A program made the position numbers and the translations under genes. This document shows, one piece after another, positions 59,161-64,000 of a stretch of DNA of 64,000 nt (its first letter is position 1; each line of letters starts with the position of its first letter). Under the pieces are notes generated by a model. It had not been told where the DNA came from and made no database searches. It was given only the letters and a program-made list of their open reading frames with translations. The stretch covers positions 3,666 to 67,665 of the forward strand of contig DAHXMV010000004.1 in the NCBI GenBank assembly GCA_027371535.1, written 5' to 3'. This DNA is from Candidatus Amesbacteria bacterium (lineage in GTDB: Bacteria; Patescibacteriota; Microgenomatia; CAZETR01; Amesbacteraceae).

Positions 59161-60240
59161 CTAAATTTTAATACTAAAGAGAAACTTTTCAAGTACCCGG
59201 TAAAATTGGCCCAGACTTTTCAGGTCGACCCATTCGTAATCCCCATGCAAACCTTCACCGGCAGGTCCAATATCTAAAGCGGTACAACCGGCTGCGGAAT
59301 AATGACGGGCGTCGGAAGCCCCGTGGAATTTAACATAATCGGCTTTATTACCCGTAACCAATGTGACAGTTTCAGAAAGTAATTTAACCAATGGGTGATT
59401 TTTGTCTGCGTGGTTATAAGGCTCATCTTCAATGATTTCAATTACGGTATCAGAATAAATGAGATGCGATTTGATTTTAGCAATGATGTTTTTTGATAAA
59501 TCTGTGGAGATATGGCGAATATCCATCGTAACACCGGCGGTATCGGGTACCTGGTTGACGGTGTTTCCGCCCACGATAACGCCAAAATTGCAGGTGGTCT
59601 TCCAGGCCTCTTTTAGGGGGACAGGAAAGAGTTTTTTGATTGCTGTTATTTCTTCGGATAGTTTGGTGATGGCGTTGACGCCGTTCCAGAGAAATGCACC
59701 ATGTGCTTTTTTGCCGTGGGCCGTCAGTTTAATCCATAAAACACCCTTGGTATCACAACACAGACCCAAATCGGAAAATTCACCACAAAGATAAAAATCG
59801 GTCAGAATACCTTGGCTAATCTGATATTTGGTGCCGAAGTGGCCACCGATTTCCTCATCGGTCACCAGTTGGAGGGCCAGCGGGTAATTTACCCCGGGGG
59901 CCGCATTTTTAAAAGCGATAATTTCCGCCGCCCCGGCAGCTTTCATATCAATGGCTCCCCTACCGGTTAATTTTTTGTCTTTAACTTTGGCAGAATATTG
60001 TTCCGGTCTTCCGGGGACGACATCCAGATGGGCATTTAATATGACTTTGAACCTGCCATTTTCCGGCCACCGGTTATAAATCAAAAGACTTGGGCAGTCA
60101 TGATTGATGAATTTTTTGAATTTAAATCCGGGAAGTGTTTTCAGAGCCGTATCCAAAACTTCATGCAATTTTTCCGGGGATTCCCTGGTGGATGGCACTG
60201 AAATTAAATCAGAAGCCAAAGATACTATGCTATCTAGCAT
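59161..60240 (-). CDS. M20-family metallopeptidase/deacylase (ArgE/DapE-like)
   Basis: Metal-binding HLDVVPG and D..GAID (GRGAIDMK), plus a C-terminal GASDARHY and dimerisation-domain pattern. Confidence 0.65.
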   Translation of the reverse strand: MLDSIVSLASDLISVPSTRESPEKLHEVLDTALKTLPGFKFKKFINHDCPSLLIYNRWPENGRFKVILNAHLDVVPGRPEQYSAKVKDKKLTGRGAIDMKAAGAAEIIAFKNAAPGVNYPLALQLVTDEEIGGHFGTKYQISQGILTDFYLCGEFSDLGLCCDTKGVLWIKLTAHGKKAHGAFLWNGVNAITKLSEEITAIKKLFPVPLKEAWKTTCNFGVIVGGNTVNQVPDTAGVTMDIRHISTDLSKNIIAKIKSHLIYSDTVIEIIEDEPYNHADKNHPLVKLLSETVTLVTGNKADYVKFHGASDARHYSAAGCTALDIGPAGEGLHGDYEWVDLKSLGQFYRVLEKFLFSIKI

Positions 60241-61319
60241 AAATCTAAAATATGCGATGTAATATCCCTGATTTTATCACTTACTGCCGGATCAAGATGA
60301 ATATGATGCAAGCTTTCGTCATAGTGGTTGAATGTCAGACGAAAACCAACCTGCCATTTGGCCGGCGAGCTATGGGTGTTTTTCCAGGGACGGATCATGG
60401 CGGGTGAGAAGTCTGAGTTAATCAGATCACTGACAGTTTCCAAATCATCGGCATTACAATAAGCGGTGATAATTTGTAAACCGATTTCGGAGGATATTTT
60501 TGAAATCCGGGCAAGCTGATTCGGTTTGGTAATAAAACCCGAGGCATCGGGTTTAATCATAATAATTTCCCCGTTTTCAACAGATACCTGCTCAATATCC
60601 TCAGTTATTGAGGCATGTTTTAGCTGAATTAGTTCCAAATTAAGAGCTATTCTTTGTTTTACTTCTTTGGCAGAAGTCAAATATGCCCTGACAGAATCGC
60701 AATTTTTGGGAGCGGGATTTAATGATTCAGCCAGGTTCTTTGCCAAAGTCCTGACTGTCTCTTTGGGCCACTGCGTTAGTGCGGAATACAAATCATTTTG
60801 GGTAAGATTCAGACTGGTCATATGGACCATAGTTTCCCGACCGGGACCCAAATCATCGTTTCCGTAAATATGGTTGTATACCACATGTTTACCGGTTTCA
60901 AGGCTGATGGGTATTAATCCTGCATACAAAGCCGCTCTTTGCATGCCAATCTGGTCTCCCCGGACATCTGCCCAGGGGATACGCTGTCTGTCAGAAGCTA
61001 TTTGAAAGAGTTCAGCTGAAAGGTGCTTGGCAAAGCCGTTTTTTCTGGCGCAGGGATTGACCAAGACCCGTTTTATTTCACTCATGGGTTCTTCGGAATA
61101 TCCCAAGACGGCCGTAGCTAAAATTCCCAAATCCCGGGAATCTACGACCAGACGGATCTCACCATTTAATATGGCATCGGCGACACTTTCGGGATTGTAA
61201 ACCGATTCGAACGGGTATCCGGGGATTCCGATTTTGGCCAGGGCGGCCAGTTGGAAGGCGTCGTTCGGTAAGGCCGGTCTGATTTGATGATTTGGGTTTT
61301 CAAGAGACATAGTTGTCAC
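60234..61319 (-). CDS. GNAT N-acyltransferase domain fused to an uncharacterised C-terminal domain
   Basis: N-terminal 150 aa with GNAT motif A-like RVLVNPCARKNGFAKHL. The C-terminal roughly 200 aa are unrecognised. There is a 7-nt overlap with the downstream M20 gene. Confidence 0.4.
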   Translation of the reverse strand: MTTMSLENPNHQIRPALPNDAFQLAALAKIGIPGYPFESVYNPESVADAILNGEIRLVVDSRDLGILATAVLGYSEEPMSEIKRVLVNPCARKNGFAKHLSAELFQIASDRQRIPWADVRGDQIGMQRAALYAGLIPISLETGKHVVYNHIYGNDDLGPGRETMVHMTSLNLTQNDLYSALTQWPKETVRTLAKNLAESLNPAPKNCDSVRAYLTSAKEVKQRIALNLELIQLKHASITEDIEQVSVENGEIIMIKPDASGFITKPNQLARISKISSEIGLQIITAYCNADDLETVSDLINSDFSPAMIRPWKNTHSSPAKWQVGFRLTFNHYDESLHHIHLDPAVSDKIRDITSHILDLC

Positions 61320-61320
61320 T

Positions 61321-61347
61321 AAAAAACCCCGCTTAACGGGGTTTTGG
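61321..61347. terminator. Bidirectional rho-independent terminator
   Basis: AAAAAA-CCCCGC-TTAA-CGGGGTTTT: A-run and T-run on either side of a GC hairpin. Confidence 0.6.
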
Positions 61348-61467
61348 TTATAAGTAATTGAATGGTTTTTGTTAATTACAACCCAAAACCCCCGGACGGG
61401 GTAAAAAAGAAAGCAAAATAGCCTCTTTGGGTTGCTGACATGATGTAATTATAACACTAACTTAGGG

Positions 61468-61539
61468 TGGGCACTAAGGGTTTCGCACCCCTGACCTTCT
61501 CAATGTCAATGAGACGCTCTACTCCTGAGCTAAGTGCCC
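61468..61539 (-). tRNA. tRNA-Val (anticodon GAC)
   Basis: Manual fold of the reverse complement: acceptor GGGCACT/AGTGCCC, D-arm GCTC-AGGAGTA-GAGC, anticodon stem TCTCA/TGAGA with loop TTGACAT, T-arm AGGGG-TGCGAAA-CCCTT (one G.U), discriminator A. The T-loop is unusual (G at position 55). Confidence 0.6.
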
Positions 61540-61582
61540 TCCTACACTTTAGCTCATTTTACAATAAATCCGGCTATTTAAA

Positions 61583-61738
61583 ACCAGGCATGAGGGCCTA
61601 AACGCTCCTTCAACCATTGATCTAATTCCTTGGTTGTAGCCTGTTCAGTTGCGGGTTTTCGAACAGAATTTGAGTCAGTCTTTTTCTTGTCAGGTTGGGA
61701 ACCGTTTTTGGCAGGATCATTTTCTTTAACCATTATTT
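61583..61738 (-). CDS. Hypothetical small (51 aa) Lys-rich protein with a good RBS
   Basis: Manual translation: MVKENDPAKNGSQPDKKKTDSNSVRKPATEQATTKELDQWLKERLGPHAWF. AAGGTG sits 8 nt upstream. The ORF is flanked by terminators. Confidence 0.3.
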
Positions 61739-61754
61739 TTCACCTTCTTTCAAT

Positions 61755-61797
61755 TAAAAAAACCTCCTATTTACGGAGGTTTTGATTTATTTTTTTG
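61755..61797. terminator. Bidirectional rho-independent terminator
   Basis: AAAAAAA-CCTCC-TATTTAC-GGAGG-TTTTGATTTATTTTTTT. Confidence 0.6.
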
Positions 61798-61903
61798 GGC
61801 CTATGGTGTTAACCTCCCGAATCAGGCCCGCCCTTAATTATCAGGGTCAAACCGTTGATCAGGAGAACCGGATTTTTCATAGTTTGGGAGAATTATAGGT
61901 AAT

Positions 61904-63259
61904 CTATTTGGCGGATGTCAAGGCCGGCAAACGGCTGTAGATTTTGGTCATGGCGGCAATTCCCCCGGTAAAATTTTCCAGGGAAAAATGCTCGTTTGGG
62001 GCATGGACATTATCATCCGGTAAGCCAAAGCCGATTAAGACACAGGGAATATGATAATATCCGGCTATAGCAGGGATAAAACCGATAGAGCCACCCTGCC
62101 CGGTAAAGACTGCGTGGTGACCGAAAGTATCTGTCAGGATGTCCTTGGCCAGCGAATACACCGGATGAGCGGAGTCGGCTTTGTAGGGCATGGCCACAGC
62201 CGTCCGGGAGACGGAACAGACAGTGTTTTTGGGAATAAGTTTCTGGACAAAGTCTACAAATGACCGGTAAATTTTCCGGGGATCCTGGGATGGTACCAAC
62301 CGCAGACTGATTTTAGCCGAAGCCGTATTGGGAATTATAGTTTTAGTCCCCGGACCGGTATAACCCGAATCCAAACCGGTGATGTCCAAAGTCGGTTCGG
62401 ACCAGCGGCGGCGATTTAGGGAAATTCCGGGTTCTCCTCCTCCAAGATAATAAAAATGACCTTCCTTCAGAATCTCGGAGGCCTTAGGCTCCAGATGGCG
62501 AAAATCGGATAATTCTTTCGGTGACAGGGGGACAATATCCTCATAAAATCGGGGGATTTGGATTCTGCCACGGCCGTTTCTCAGTTTATTCAGAATATGG
62601 GTGAGAATAAATGCCGGATTCGGGGCCAAACCTCCGAATTGGCCGGAATGGAGATCATGGGAACCGGTTTGAACGGTGATTTCAAAATCCACACAGCCCC
62701 GCATGGTAATGTCTATGGAAGGTTCCCCGGGCGCTACCATTTCAGTATCTGACAAAAATACGTAATCAGCTGCAAATAAATCCGGATACTGAGTTATCAG
62801 TTTTTCCACACTGAGACTGCCGATTTCCTCCTCGCCTTCGATAATAAATTTAAAATTGACCGGTAAATTATCAAGACCATACTTCGCTATCAGATCTTTG
62901 ACCGTCAAAATATGAATTAACAGCTGGCCTTTATTGTCTGCGGCTCCGCGGGCATAGATACGCTCCTTTCTGATATCAGGCTCAAAGGGGGGGGTGGTCC
63001 AGGAACTGGGGGCCCCGGGGGGCTGGACGTCATAATGACCATAAACCAGGATTGTGGGTTTTGAGGGATCAGAGAATAGTGAAGCATAGACGGCGGGATG
63101 AACTTCTGAGGGGAGAACTTTTGATGTAAAACCCATGGAGTTAAAAAGATTTACCAGAAATTCACGGGCGGCAGCCATATCCGGCAAATGCTCCGGCTGG
63201 GAGGAGACGGAAGGAATCTTTAAAAAATCAGTGAGAAGATCCAAGGGGGGGCTCGTCAT
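61904..63259 (-). CDS. M20-family dipeptidase (PepV/DapE-like)
   Basis: VYGHYDVQPPG and ARGAADNKGQLL (the metal-binding D of the M20 D..GAxDxK motif). 451 aa with an inserted lid domain. Confidence 0.7.
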   Translation of the reverse strand: MTSPPLDLLTDFLKIPSVSSQPEHLPDMAAAREFLVNLFNSMGFTSKVLPSEVHPAVYASLFSDPSKPTILVYGHYDVQPPGAPSSWTTPPFEPDIRKERIYARGAADNKGQLLIHILTVKDLIAKYGLDNLPVNFKFIIEGEEEIGSLSVEKLITQYPDLFAADYVFLSDTEMVAPGEPSIDITMRGCVDFEITVQTGSHDLHSGQFGGLAPNPAFILTHILNKLRNGRGRIQIPRFYEDIVPLSPKELSDFRHLEPKASEILKEGHFYYLGGGEPGISLNRRRWSEPTLDITGLDSGYTGPGTKTIIPNTASAKISLRLVPSQDPRKIYRSFVDFVQKLIPKNTVCSVSRTAVAMPYKADSAHPVYSLAKDILTDTFGHHAVFTGQGGSIGFIPAIAGYYHIPCVLIGFGLPDDNVHAPNEHFSLENFTGGIAAMTKIYSRLPALTSAK

Positions 63260-63570
63260 TGGGGCCTCCTATGGTACCGGAATTTAAAATGGTATTTGAC
63301 ATATTGGGTTATTATATCTTAAATTTGGATTGAATGGCCAGGACTGAACCGGAAAACATATATGATTTTGTACCCCGGGAAGTTGTAGAAAGTATCAGGA
63401 AGAGCAATCCCAATCTGAATATTTTGGCTTTTATTACCCATAAGTGACGGGAAGAGACTAATACCGCCGGGACACCCGAGGGAGACTGGATAATAGCGGA
63501 AGATTTGGTTTCTGCAGTCAAAGTGGCTGAAAGCAAAATTGAATTAACTGAATACAAGAGAAGAAAAAAA

Positions 63571-64000
63571 TTAGCCCGTTGAGGTGACCATGTAGCGCTC
63601 TGAGGAAAGCATGTATTTGGTACCGGATTTACCGACCTGATTCCAATAATAGCCTTTTTTGCCGGCGCGATTATTGGCCGCTGCCAGCCAGTTTTTGGAA
63701 GACTCGGCTTTCTGGCGGAGAGCGGTAATCAAGGATTTCAAGTGGGCATAGAAATTTTTGTGATAGATGCCTGGATTTACCGGAGCCTGAATAGCAGCCA
63801 CCTGGACTTCCTGGGCAAAATCGCCCATGGATTTGGCCAGCTGGCGGATTTCAGTCAATATCGACTGGATCTGCTGCTTTGAGGCGGTTTCAGCCTGTAA
63901 AAGGCGCTGATGTTCCTGCTCCCACTGGCGGTGCAGCTTCAGGGAAAATTCCCTTTCCGCTTCCTCATATCCCTTTTCTTCAGCGGCCTGCATATCGTCC
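63571..64000 (-). CDS. Hypothetical protein, 5' end outside the window (helical, Gln/Glu-rich)
   Basis: The ORF runs off the window edge. No recognisable motif. Confidence 0.25.
   Translation of the reverse strand, partial: DDMQAAEEKGYEEAEREFSLKLHRQWEQEHQRLLQAETASKQQIQSILTEIRQLAKSMGDFAQEVQVAAIQAPVNPGIYHKNFYAHLKSLITALRQKAESSKNWLAAANNRAGKKGYYWNQVGKSGTKYMLSSERYMVTSTG

Noticed and set aside
63312-63557. 81-aa minus-strand ORF
   Set aside because: No motif, a hydrophobic low-complexity stretch, and no clear RBS. It lies in an intergenic gap and I could not support it.

Overview
The window is a gene-dense stretch (about 47% GC) from a small-genome bacterium. The gene content suggests, by inference only, a Patescibacteria/CPR-like organism: a type IV pilus locus with no secretin gene, a membrane H+-pyrophosphatase, shortened aminoacyl-tRNA synthetases and RF1, and an ACP-like protein that has lost its phosphopantetheine serine. 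Core genes are rpmE-prfA, hisS with an adjacent tRNA-His, dnaB, yebC, a gyrB ... gyrA pair split by hppA and a large secreted protein, a holB-like gene, rpsP-KH, rnc/nusB, rpmF-recG, a class A PBP, and the thrS-infC-rpmI-rplT-pheS-pheT operon. Three tRNAs (His-GUG, Leu-CAA, Val-GAC) are recognisable on the minus strand by eye; each has a non-U at T-loop position 55. A 12-kb type IV pilus cluster runs pilB-pilT-pilC-pilA-pilD, five pilin/pseudopilin genes, then pilX-pilM-pilN-pilO. The strongest candidate for a previously undescribed system is a low-GC, AT-flanked segment (about 15.7-20.4 kb). It holds a tyrosine recombinase, two tandem overlapping Ddl-like ATP-grasp ligases, a small pyruvoyl-type AdoMetDC (SpeH)-like protein whose proenzyme-cleavage Ser appears replaced by Thr, and a convergent C39/BtrH-like papain-fold protein next to a large GT-C glycosyltransferase. 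By inference this resembles an amino-acid ligation, decarboxylation and transfer pathway analogous to butirosin side-chain assembly. Other points worth a second look: in-frame short tandem repeats inside hisS, pilD and a signal peptide; a TrpR/YerC-like regulator flanked by two copies of a 24-bp palindrome; a 12-bp inverted repeat between holB and pilB; a cupredoxin; and a GNAT-fusion/M20 operon. No CRISPR array, rRNA or obvious restriction-modification or toxin-antitoxin genes were recognised.
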